Assembly (NCBI RefSeq): GCF_009914755.1
Contig: NC_060929.1
Length of the DNA stretch: 64,000 nt
Direction: 5' to 3' (one strand)
From: the human T2T-CHM13v2.0 reference genome, Homo sapiens
Part shown: in pieces, positions 14,157 through 28,075 of the stretch
Layout of the letters: every line of letters starts with the position of its first letter
Numbering within the stretch: the first letter of the stretch is position 1
Position numbers and translations under genes: made by a program
The notes under the pieces: model-generated
Databases searched by the model: none
The model's input: only the letters and a program-made list of their open reading frames with translations
Told to the model about the DNA's origin: nothing

Positions 14157-14424
14157 AAGCCATAATATTCTCTCAGTAAAGAAAGCCCAGAACCTGATGG
14201 CTTCACTGCTGAATTCTACCAAATGCTTGAAGAAGAACTGATACCAAACCTATTCAAACTATTCCAAAAAATAGATGAGAGAATACTTTTAAACTCATTC
14301 TATGAGACCAGTATTACCCTGTTACGGAAACAAAGATATATCAAGTAAAGAAAAATACAGGCCAATATATCTGATGAGTATTGACTCAAAAATCTTCTAC
14401 AAAAATACTAGCAAACTGAATTCA

Positions 14425-14751
<327 letters not shown>

Positions 14752-17248
14752 TTATCATGACCAAGTAAAAAATATTCCTGGGATGCAAGGATGGCTCAAC
14801 ATGTGCAAACCAATGTGGTATACCAACAGAATGAAGGATAAATACCATATGATTATTTTAATTGGTGTTGAAAAAGCATTCATCCTTTCATGAGAAAAAT
14901 ATTCAAAACACTGGAGATAGAAGGAAGATACCTTAACATGATACAAGCCATATATGACAGACCCACAGCTAGTATCATACGGAATGGGGAAAATTAGAAA
15001 GGCTTTCCTCTAAGATCCGAAACATAACAAGGATGCCCACTGTCACCACTGTTATTCAACATCGTACTGGAAGTCCCAGCTACAACTATCAGACAACAGA
15101 AAAAAATAAAGAGCATCCAAATTGGAAAAGAAGAAGTGAAATTATTGTGTTTGCAGATGATATGATCTTATATTTGGAAAAACTATAAGACTCAAAAAGA
15201 AACTTATTAGAACTGATAAACAAATTCAGTCAAATTGCAGAATACAAAATCTACATACGTACATCAGCAGCGTTTTTTAAATACCAACAGTAAACAATGT
15301 GAAAAGGAAATTAAAAAAATCCCATTTACAATAGCCACACACAAAATTAAGTACTAGGAATTCACTTAACAAAAGAAGTGAAAGATTTCTTTAATGAAAA
15401 CTATAAAATACTGATGAAAGAAATTGAAGAGGACATCAAAAAATGAGAAACTATTCCATGTTCATGGATTGGAAGAATCAACACTGTTAAAATGTCCATA
15501 CTACCCAAAGCAATCTACGGATTCAATGAAATCTTCATCAAATTACCAATAACATTCTTCACAGAAATACAATGAACAATCCTGAAATTTATATGGAACC
15601 ACAAAAGACCCAGAATAGCCAAAGCTATTCTAAGCAAAAAGAACAACTGGAGGAATCACATTACCTGACTTCCAATTATACTACAGGACTACAGTGATCA
15701 AAACTAGCATAAAATACATGCACATAGACCAATAGAACAGAATAGAGGACGCAGAAACAAATTCATCTATAGTGAACTAATTTTTGACAAGGCTGCCAGG
15801 AACACACACTGGGGAAAAGACAGTCTCTTTAATTAATGGTGTTAGAAAACTGGATTTCCATATTCAAAGAATGAAACTAGAGCCCTATCTCTCCCCACAT
15901 AAAAAATCAAATCAAAATATATTAAAGCCTTAAATCTAAGACCTGAATCTGTGAAACTACTACAAGAAAACATGGAAGGAAAATCTCCAGGACATTGGTC
16001 TGGGCAAAAATTTATTGAGTAATAACCCACAAGCACAGGCAACCAAAGCAAAAATGGAGAAATGGGATCACATCAAGCTGAAATGCTTCTACACAGCAAA
16101 AAATACAGTCAGCATAGTGAAGAGACAACCCACAGAATGGGAGATAATTGCAAACTACTCATCTGACAAAGAATTAATAACCAGAATATATCAGAAGCTC
16201 AAACAACTATACAAAAAAAAAAAAAACAACTAATAATGTGATCAAAAATTGGCAAAAGATTTGAATAGACATTTCTCAAAAGAAGACACACAAAGGGCAA
16301 ACAGGCTCAACATCACTGGTCATCAGAAAAATGCAAATCAGTGCGATGTCATCTCACCCCAGTTAAAATGGCTCATATCCAAAATACAGGCAATAACAAA
16401 CACTGGCAAAGATGCGGAGAAAAGGGAACCCTGTACATTGTTGGTGAGAATGTAAATTACGCAGTCACTTTGGAGAACAGTTTGGAGGTTCCTCAAAAGA
16501 CTAAACGTTGAGCTACCATTATGATCCAGCAACCCACAGCTGGGTATATACCCAAAAGAAAGGAAATCTGTATATTGAGGAGATATCTGCACTCCTATAT
16601 TTGTTGCAGCTGTATTTACAATAGCTAAGATTTGGAAGCAACATAAGGGTACATCAACAGATTAGTGGATAAAGAAAATGTGGCAAGTATACACAATGGA
16701 GCAATGGAGTACTATTCAGCCATATAAAAGAATGACATATAGTTATTTGCAACAACATGGATGGAACTGGAGATCATTATGTTAATTGAAATAAGCCAGG
16801 CATAGAAAGAAAAACAGCACATGTTCTTAATTATTTGTGGAATCTAAAAATCAAAACAATTGAACTCATGGACAGAGAGAGTAGAATGATGGTTACTGAA
16901 GGCTTGGAAGGGTAGTGCAGTGTGGGTGCTGTGGGTGAGGTGGGGATAGTTAATGGGCACAAAAAATTAGAAAGAATATAGAAGACCTACTATTTGATAG
17001 CACAATAGGATGACTATAGGCAATAATAAATTTTTTGTACATTTTAAAATAACTTAAAGAGTGTAATTGGATTGTTTGTTACTCCAAGGAAAAATACTTG
17101 AGGGGATGGATACTTCATTCTCCATGACATGATTATTTCATATTGCCTGCTGTATCAAAACATCTCATGTACCCCACAAAGATACAAACCTACTATGTAT
17201 CCACAGAAGTTAAACATAAAAATTTTTAAAAAAGAAATAAAATGCTCA

Positions 17249-17935
<687 letters not shown>

Positions 17936-18634
17936 AATACTGAGTAGTTTAAAGTTCAGTACTGATTATTCCTTGAATATACAACTGAATTCAGTAATGC
18001 TAGATATTGTCATTGTTGTTTATGTAATGCTAAACATGAAAGCCACTAAATTATTACTCTTGACACAGAAACTTATGACCTATTAATTTATATTATCTCA
18101 TAAATTTGTTTCTGTGCTTAAGCCCAGATGAAAGCTGTCCAGGTAAAGGCCCAGGGGATCAAGAACTTTAAATTAGGTGAAGACAGTCCTGACCTAAAGT
18201 CATTTGGTATGAAATACAATAAAATCTGATCCATCAGCAGAACAGAAGAACGCCAGCATATGTGCATCTTCTCCATTCATCAGCCAAGTTCTATTTTTAA
18301 TTCTACAGATATTGTTTTGTTGCTATTATACACATAGGTGTTAGTTTCTAGCCACACTGTCATGTAAGTTCATTGCTGCAGTCTCTTTCCCTGGTTTTCA
18401 GTTTATATTTTTAGTTCCATGGTGACAAGCTAGCAATATCTTGTGAGAAACTAAGGTAAGTCAAGATTCTCACTATTCATTACCATTTGAAATTCAATTT
18501 TCAACCCTTCTAGCTTAGGGAAATTTTTAAAATGAATAAAATGACCTCTAGGAAAGATAGACAAGGTCAGACAAGGTCATTCAAATCAATCCTTGTACTG
18601 ATGACAACTAGAACCACTAACTGGCTTTCTTACT

Positions 18635-18658
18635 TCTCTCTCTCTCTCTCAATTTGTG

Positions 18659-18690
<32 letters not shown>

Positions 18691-18737
18691 ATGTGTGTGT
18701 GGTGTGTGCTCTGTGCGTGTGTGTGTGTGTGTGTGTG
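18635..18737. repeat. Compound (TC)8 / interrupted (TG)n microsatellite
   Basis: Directly visible. Confidence 0.97.
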
Positions 18738-18859
18738 TCCGTGTATAATCCTCTTTGTAGGCATCAGAGAATTACCAGAGCTGGAAAAAATTGTGGGTCA
18801 AGAGCTAAGAGAAAAAGGAAGTCCTTCTGGGGCCACTTATTATTTAGGAATACTGCTAA

Positions 18860-20060
18860 TTTTGAAAGCAGGAGCTGAGAAACCAAGATGCTGAGGAGTA
18901 CTTTTAACAGACTTTCAGGACTGGGTGTGGGGCCAGGGATGAGGAAATTGACATTAGAGCCACTAGGATACCCCTGATAAAAGCCTCAGTGTTTTGTCAG
19001 TATGCCAAATGGCTACATTCAGGAAGAAGGATAAACAGGAAATAAGTTAGATCTCGTAACGATGAGAGTTTCAACTCATCTCAATTTATGACTGGATTAA
19101 TGTAATCTGTGTTTGCAAATGCTCCTAGACACCAAACAGAATTTTTTTTTTTTTACTAGAGAAAGATAATACTGTTCAAAATTGCAATTTATTGCTAACA
19201 TTTATGTCATAATGACTGGTAATAAAGTTAAAAAAAAAAAACCAGAAATGCGGGCATGTGAAGAGGCAAAGTAATCGAACCCAAACCATGATATGAAGAA
19301 ACAGATCATAGAAATAATATCTTTAAGATTCTGAAAGATACTAGCTGCTAACCTAAAATTCTATTATTTAACAATAAAGGTAAAATGAAAACATTCAAAA
19401 ACAAACCTTGAGGAAATGATACTACTGGTCCTGCACAAAAAGGGAAAAATATTTTCTTGAAGCATAAGTGAAATTACTCCAGATGCAAACCCAGAAAAAG
19501 GAAGAATAAAGAGTAATTGAATGATTTAAGATGTGGATAAATCTAAATTAATACTGACTATTTGAAATAATAGTTCGGTCTCTGGGGCTTAATACATATT
19601 TATAAATTGATTGGACAAAAAATAGCATTCAATCAGAAAAAGTGTAAATGAAATGAAAGTATACTAAAATCCTGATGCTGTCTAGGAAATTATAAACATA
19701 ATTTATGTTAGATTGTATCAATCTTTAAATAATGGAAGAATAATAAAAGATTGTGTATATGAAAACCAACTGATATGAAGGGGAAATGGCACCAAAAATA
19801 TGCAATCTATCTAGAAAAAAGAGTGAAGAGAAGAAAGTCAATATAGAAGAGATAAAAACAGAGAGATAAAGTAAAATGATAGACTTAAAGGTAAATATAT
19901 TATACCCATATTAAATATGAATAGACTATTCCAGTACAAGGAAAAGGGTTATCAGACAATAAAAATTTGGGGAAAAGCCCTGCTATTTATGAGACATATC
20001 TTCCATAGAAAAATGCAGAAAAGTTGAAAGTAAATGGATGCAAAAAGACATACCCTTTAT
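18860..20060 (+). mobile_element. Very old L1M/L1ME: 5' region, ORF1 remnant and start of ORF2
   Basis: aataaaggtaaaatgaaaacattc (ORF1 end). aaaatgatagactta...attaaatatgaatagact...gagacatatctt...aagttgaaagtaaatggatgcaaaaagacatacc (EN start). Confidence 0.65.
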
Positions 20061-20879
20061 GATATCAAACCCTGATAAGAACATAAGATTTCAGGTTAAT
20101 GTCGCTGATGAAAAAAGAAAAAACTGTAAAATACTATTATTTTAACTTTCATGAGTTTCCTCTCTCCGTTATGGACCAATTAAAACATTTTCAAATGCCA
20201 GCACTTGGAATTTACCCTTGCGTATTTTCTTAGGATGTATCCAGAAATATTTCTCTATGTACTCCCATTCCTAACATGGTCTTCATTCCTGGGTTCCTGA
20301 ACCCTGTCTTCATACATGTGTACTGTTCCAGGGATTTATTTTTGATCTAATGGTATATATCACATGATGAGCATCTAATTTGGTTACCTTCCTTGACATT
20401 ATGCTGGCCTCTGATAGTGACCAGGTGTTCCTGGTTCACTCATACACATGTAATTAATACACCTAGGTTCCTCATGTTGATATTTTGAGGTATTTTGTCT
20501 TTCTGTGTATCAAATGTTGCTTTTATTTCTGGCACTTTTGTTTTTCTTTTTTGTTGTTGTTGTTTAATAAGAAAATTGTACAGCATACTTTTCAGCACAA
20601 CGTATTTATTTAGGGCAAAAAGTTGATAAAAACTACAAGTGGTAATAATCATTTAGTTACCATAAATGTTGTCTCTAGATAGTGTTAACTTGACTATATT
20701 TTAACAACCAAATTATTTCTCCCCAAAACAGATATAAACATTTTCAAAATTCAGTTAATCTTTGTGTAATTCATTCAAGGATTTTATAGCAGTTTTTGTA
20801 GTCTTTCATAATAACATTCCAGGGTTTCTTTAATAAATGTTCTTCTTGAACCAATGGTTCATAATTTCCTAAGGATTAC

Positions 20880-22150
20880 AGAAAAAAAACAACTAAATGA
20901 ATAACGAGATACCATGTATCTAGATAAAAAGATGAAATATTATAAAGATATGAGTGCTTCCCAAATTAATCTATGACCTTATTGCAATCTTAAAGAATAT
21001 ATCAGAAAGTTTGTTTTTTCATATCTGACAAAATTGTTCAGATAATTTTCTGGAGGATATATTTGAAGGATGTGAAACATTTGAAAAATTAACATTATGC
21101 CATATGTAAAAATTACTAAATAAATTAAATTAGAATTATATCAACAGCAAAGAAGAGAAAAACCAGAAACAGATAAAATTATATTTAATAATTGAGGATA
21201 TAATAAATATCACATGCCAAATCCATGGAGAAAGAATTAAAGAGCATTTGGAAAACTTTTAATCATTGGGAAATAAAATTTGATTCCTATATCATATCAT
21301 ACATCAAAATTCTAGATGAATAAAAGATCTAAATAAAAACACTAGAATAAATATTAATGTTAATTCTGTTATTTGAAATAAAAAATTATGTATGATCTCA
21401 CCAAAATAGAAAGTATGAAGGAAAAGATTGTCACATTTCACTATTAAAAATACCAAATAAAAAACCTTATCTTATTTGTAACATATATGAGGACAAAGAA
21501 TCAGTATAATTAATATGTAAATATTTCTCACAAATCAAGAAAAAGTCACCAGTAACAAGTTGGACAAAGTGGGGAAAAGCAAAAATTAACCAAAAGAAGA
21601 AACACAGGAAAAAATTTCACATCATCAATAATTAATAAATACAAATTTAAACAATGAAATATAAATATTATCTTTCAAGCTAGAAATGACATCTAATGAG
21701 GCTCAGAATCTGGAGAAAATTACTTTTCACAATACCAGAGTAAGGTAAATCAGTATATTTTCTATGAAAGAATTGACGATACATATCACAAGGGTTAAAA
21801 TATTTACCACTCTTTGATCTATCATAGGGAAACAATCATGAAAGTACAGAATATTTGGCTATGAGAATACACACTGTTTATGATAGTGAAAAATTGGAAG
21901 TACCTTAAAAAGACTACTTAAGCAACGTATGATAGACAGATTTAATGAACAGTATGCAGCCGTTAAAAATAAAACCCTGGATCATATTAATGGAATAAAA
22001 CGTGATAAAATTTGTGCTAAGTCATATACAGTGTAACTACCCGAAAATATGGGCATGTGTCCAATTAGCAGTAGAAAAATTATGCATGTAATTTTTTTCC
22101 TTAATTTGCCTACCTGTTTTTCCTAATATATTAACACTTAACATATAAAA
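20880..22150 (+). mobile_element. Very old L1ME ORF2 3' half and 3'UTR
   Basis: ataccatgt...aatattataaagat...cttcccaaattaatctat, tttgattcctatatcatatcatacatcaaaattc, tgtttatgatagtgaaaaattggaa, tatgcagccgttaaaaat. Confidence 0.72.
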
Positions 22151-22849
22151 TGGGGGGAAGTTATTGCTAAATTAATTATTAATATATGCCTTCTTCATAG
22201 AAAGTCTCAAATTTCCAAGTGGATAGTGTTTCTGTGTATCTATCTATGCTCTGTCGGAGTTTGGATAACAGTAGCTCTAATCTCAACTAAATCTTGCAGG
22301 ATTTTATTTTTATCTTCCTGCCCACCAGAAACATATTTCTTTAAACAACCCAGTATATTTCCAAGTAACTTTTGTTGAATTTAACCTCCTTCAGTTTGCT
22401 TTTACCCTTAATACACTCAGTTTAATTCTCCTTATAGTAATAATAAATTCCCCAGTGGTAGATGATTGAGACAGCTTCCTTACACCACTTTTTATTCTCC
22501 TTTTAGTTTAACTGGAGACCTAGGCAGTGATTACAACCTTGAAAATTCCACAGCTTTTCTGTCACTTCAAGAGTGATGTTGTGTTCTTTAATGAGAGTAT
22601 AAGATACTTGAGCACTGGAAATCTGCAATGCTTTTAGATCTTCTTGGCTAAGGACAACTGTGTTTTACAGGGAATGGACAAAGAAAGCAAGCAAAGAAAA
22701 GTCATAAAATCCATAAGAAAATGACATTTATTCCCAAAATTAACAGAAAGAATATAAACCTCATTCTTTCATCCGTGCTACCCAGCTATATAATATGTGC
22801 TTACTGCATTTTTTCCTCTTTATCATGATTTCTTAGGTAATGTATCTCT

Positions 22850-23185
22850 CACCTCTGCTAAAAGTAAATGCTTTGTGATCAGAGCATTTGCTTTATTCAT
22901 TGCTATAGTTTCAATCCCCACTTCCTCAGAGCATAGAGTGATCACTCAACCAATGAATGCATAAATGAATGTGTCAATTGATCATTCTAACACTGGCTCT
23001 ACCACTTTCAACTCTATAACTTTAAGATGGTCATCTAGATCTTTGAGTTAATTTTCTCATTTCTGTAATAAAATATATTACCATATACTTCATGAGATTA
23101 TAAAGATCAAATGAAGCAATTAGAACATCCTGTTTATTTGCAAAAAAAAAAAAATCCTTTGTATTAGATGCTCAATAAATACACA
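22850..23185 (+). mobile_element. Adjacent L2 3' end and MIR fragments
   Basis: ttattcattgct...cactcaaccaatgaatgcataaatgaatg (L2 tail), then ggctctaccactt...ttctcatttctgtaat...gattataaagatcaaatga (MIR). Confidence 0.55.
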
Positions 23186-23229
23186 TAAGTGATTCCAATT
23201 CTAACATTAGTACTGAACCCAAACAAGGG

Positions 23230-23297
23230 TTTTTATGTATAAGAAACCCATTTTTTATGTATAAGAGACCTATTTTTTATGTATAAGAGACCCATTT
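23230..23297. repeat. 22-bp minisatellite, 3 copies
   Basis: Unit ttttttatgtataagagaccca with single substitutions. Confidence 0.95.
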
Positions 23298-24281
23298 GCA
23301 AAAAGTCTTACACAGGTTTAGGCAACATGCTTTCTCTTTATTCTTATTTTAACTTCCTTCACAACCATGCTATCACTGATGGTGCTATACTTTAAAATTT
23401 TCATAGAAATCATACACTCATTCCTAACATTTACATATAGAGCAATTTGGAAGTTTATCTCTTGTTTATTAGATTGTGATGTCATCCAGAACACGTTGTC
23501 TTGTTCGTATTTGTGTTCTCAAGATTAAATATAATCTGAGAAGATATTCCAAGGTTAGTGTTTAACACGTGTTAGTGCTTAATACAATTTTTTGAACGAA
23601 AAAAATGAAAAGGAATTAAGGAAAAGAACTTCCAAATGCTTCTCATCCCCTCCCCCAAAATATGGAATAAGTCTTGGTATAGTTTGTAGCATTAGAAATG
23701 TTATGAAAATAATTGATATGAGTTGTATGATTAAAGCTGACCCAACCAGTTTTCTAGGTTCTAGTTTCCTGGTCCTTGTCCTGGAACTAAACTTTGGTAG
23801 GTAGGAAGTATGTTCTAGTTATTCAATTTTACTATGTGGAAGGAAGACCATGGGATTTCAAATTAATTTTGACAGATATGACAAATGGGGGTTGCCATTT
23901 CACACCTAGAGCATGAATATTTCAATGGCAAAAAGTCAGCGACTGTTAATTAAAAATGGGTATTGTTAATTGGGACCAGTGTTGTGGTTTTGTCAGCAGC
24001 TTCAGACCCTTTCAGACCTATTTCAGTTGATCCTATGATCAGATAAGATAAATGTCTTTTCTTTCTGGTGTGGATGATAGCAATTATGACTCAGATTTTT
24101 TTCTTTTATCATATTGGTTTTATAGGTATATATAATTTAGCATAATGGAGAAACACACAAGAATTAAATTCAGCTGAATCCAAAATATCGAAACACAGCA
24201 ATATTGTAGATACTAACTTCCCAATTTTCTGCAGTGTAAAGACAAGAAATAGCCCAGCAAACTGATGAAGCTATAATTTGA

Positions 24282-24810
<529 letters not shown>

Positions 24811-25499
24811 TAACACCACAAAAGAAAAAAAAAGGAAAGAAATTTTAGTTAAAATGAGTTAAAATAAAAAATCATTTTCCTTTAGGCTATTCCAATCCAT
24901 AAATGCTCAATTCTCCAATTTATTTTTTGCCTTCAAAATGTATAATTGACACAATGAAATATTCTAATGTACAAGTAGTAGTTTCCTTTGTACACAAAGA
25001 AGAAATAATTTTTAGAATAATTGTGTACTGGAACAGAATATCAACTAGTCTAATATTAACTCATTTCTCTCATTAACATCAATTTAGCAAAACAAAAAGG
25101 AAGCTTGGAAGTATATATTTGGATCTTAAATTTCATTTTAAAATTATTCTGTGGCTCTAGTAGGTTAACTGGAAGATTATCTCACAATATTTCTATGTCT
25201 CTAATGAGCATGAGGAAGCTAATGAGAGTGTGTTTATATAGGGGATGTTTGATGGCTGGGGTAAGGGGCGGGCGGGGCAACATGAAAAACTAGTTGCTCT
25301 AGACAACTAGTCTTCTTCATTTGTTTCACTCAGAGGATTCTCTGATTCAATTATTTTAGGAGCCAATGACCAATATATTGCAGAAAGAAACACTCCAAAG
25401 CGACTCAGAGTGTGCACATTTGAAGACAAAACATTATTCCCTCTTATTGGCTAGATATTCATTTAAGCCAAGCAAATGTTATTAACATAGTGAAGCAAT

Positions 25500-25820
25500 C
25501 AAGCTCAATGGTGCAAATGCTCAAAGAGGCCTTGCCTGGTCTACTCTAAATCAGGTAAATCTCTCTTAATTATCTTTCATAGACCCTTTTAAATATCTTT
25601 CACAAAATTGTTCACAATTTTTAATTACACACACACATCATATATATGGAAAGAAAAAAATATATATATATAATGCTGAAAGCTCTGTAAGATAAAGTAA
25701 CGCATCCCTTTTATTTATGCATATGCCTGTGTATAACCAGTACTTGCATGGTATCTGGTGCAGAGTTGTTGTTCAGAACATTATATGTTTATTCAGCAAG
25801 TATAAATGAAAGAATGAAAC
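25500..25820 (+). mobile_element. L2 3' fragment
   Basis: gctcaaagaggccttgcctgg...ctgaaagctctgtaag...catggtatctggtgcagag...aaatgaaagaatgaa. Confidence 0.6.
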
Positions 25821-27608
25821 AATGAGAGTTCTGAGATTTTATGTTAGCCTGAGAAACCTGAAAGGCATAAATTAGTATTATCACTGTCATTATTTTCTCA
25901 TAACTATTACCTAAATCATCATAAAAATTATACAAATATGGAAACTATGGAAGAAACTCCTATTTAGAGGCATTTGACTTATATTTCAATCAATGTAGAA
26001 ATGGGTACTCTTGAAATTCTTAAAATTTTTATTTACGTATCTACACCAAAACAAAATGAAACAAAGTGCTAATATAATGAGCAAATGAAGAACATTCTTA
26101 TAATAAATATTAGAATCAATTTCTCTGATTATTTGTGGTAATGTACTTATATTTAAATTATGGTCTCTATATATCTCTCTTATACACACACATACACACA
26201 CTCACAAAAAGCACCGTTATTTTCATTTTACTCTTTTTCAGCTAATAAGCATCAAATACAAAGGTCCTTCCAGATGGACCTTAGGCACATTACAACCTCC
26301 TGAAGTCATCAGAATGATATTGCTAATGTCTGACCTAAAATTTCCAGTCCTAGGGTTGTGTATGTTGTTAAATTCCCACTCAATCTCTGGCATTCTGGAG
26401 TTGCTAGCACTGCTGCCTGGATGCAAAAGTGACTTTTATCAATCTTAAGATTTTTTTGCTAGAAAACCATTAATTCATTTTATATCCGCTACTGACAGCT
26501 ATCAAATAATAATAACAATAGGTCTACATCAGGCTGGTTTGTATTCAATCTTTTCATCTATGAGGGAAAGATTCCATCTCTATTACCAATGCCCTGAGCC
26601 AAAAGAAATCCCAAAGTAGATTTACTCATAACTGAACCTTGGTGACCAGAAATATGCTAATAAACGTTAAACTGGAAAGGTAGGATTTCATAAAGCTTTT
26701 GTCTCTAATCCTCCAAGTAGGGAAGTTGGTTCTGCTGCAGAGTTAATTAGCATACATGTGGAAGCAGTTTATGGATGCGGTTTAATCCAAAACAAATGTG
26801 AAAATAAGCTCACATTGTTTTGTAGAATGATTTACATTCATTATCATCTACTTAAAAAAAACCCACATGCTTTAAAAAAATCATTATTCCTTCCAGAATA
26901 TCAGTGAATAAAGCAATTCCATATTTGTACTTTTGAAAATTATGTATTTCCAGACAAGGTCATATTTCCTCAAATTGAAATAAAGTATAAACTTTGGTCT
27001 CAAGCTATGGTTTCCAAACTTTATCCAGGTACAGAGACATTACTGAGTGACATAGGACTTATGAAGTGAGTTAACAGATTTAATTGACTAGACATCATAG
27101 AAAACCAAACTTTTTTTACTAGTTCCTATGAAAGATATTTTGGAACTTCATTATATGAGATCTCTGTAAAAGTCTCATGATGGAAATAGTGCTAATACTC
27201 ATATTACTCTGATCATGAAATAACAAGTCTGATATTTCAATATGGGTTATAAAACTGTCTCATGGTTTGTGATCATGGTTTCAGGGGACACAGTTTCACC
27301 AGAGGTATAGTTGTAACTTACAGTTGTAATGATGAATAATATTATAAAGAAGTTTGACAAACTGGGAATCTAACATCAAAATGAATATACTATAAACAGT
27401 TGGCTGCCTCAGGATTTACCTGAAATAATCCAATTGGGATTATCAGAAGGAAAATGGAACCTCTTCACTCTCGGTCTTCTTGAACTATTGTACTAAAAAC
27501 AATGCCAAAACTCAAGTGACCTATAGACATGGTATTGAGGCAATAGTTAACTCAGAGATTCCATTTGTAAAACACTAGATCAACTTACATATGGTTCAAG
27601 TATAAGCC

Positions 27609-28075
27609 TTTATTCAATCCACAAATATTTAGGGTACCTACTGTGTGCCAGGCACGTGACTAAAGCCTATCATGCAGGGGTGAATGAGAAGGTTAGTGTT
27701 CCTGTTATTCAGAGGGTTATGGCCTCATGGGGAAAATAGTTATGTAATATGGAAACTGTTAACTGTGAAATAAACTTTATGATAAGAAAATTATAGGGTC
27801 ATCATAATCTACTGGAGAGCCATGTAACTTTGGGAGATGGTGGCAAGTGCATCAGGAATGATTTGTCAAGGTAACTAATTTGAGAATGAATGGAATGCAC
27901 AGAAGATAACTAGGGGAAGAAGAGAGGGTGTCTTCTGAATAGACTCTTTCTGGGAATGGAAAGTATTCGCTATGGCTGGAATTTCAAGTTTGAATGAGAG
28001 AGGTTGGTAATGCAGGATGCTGGAGAGATAAGTAGGGGTCAGTCCTGGAGGCATATTAAAGACTTTCAATTCTAT
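27609..28075 (-). mobile_element. L2 3' region
   Basis: tattcaatccacaaatatttagggtacctactgtgtgccaggcac...ggagagataagtaggggtcagtcctggaggcatattaaagacttt. Confidence 0.82.

Noticed and set aside
18532-18894. Cys/Val-rich ORFs (also 53072-53263 and 42029-42373)
   Set aside because: Produced by (TG)n and TA-rich low-complexity sequence.
23230-23297. CRISPR-like array
   Set aside because: Units are contiguous with no unique spacers, there are no cas genes, and the DNA is primate.
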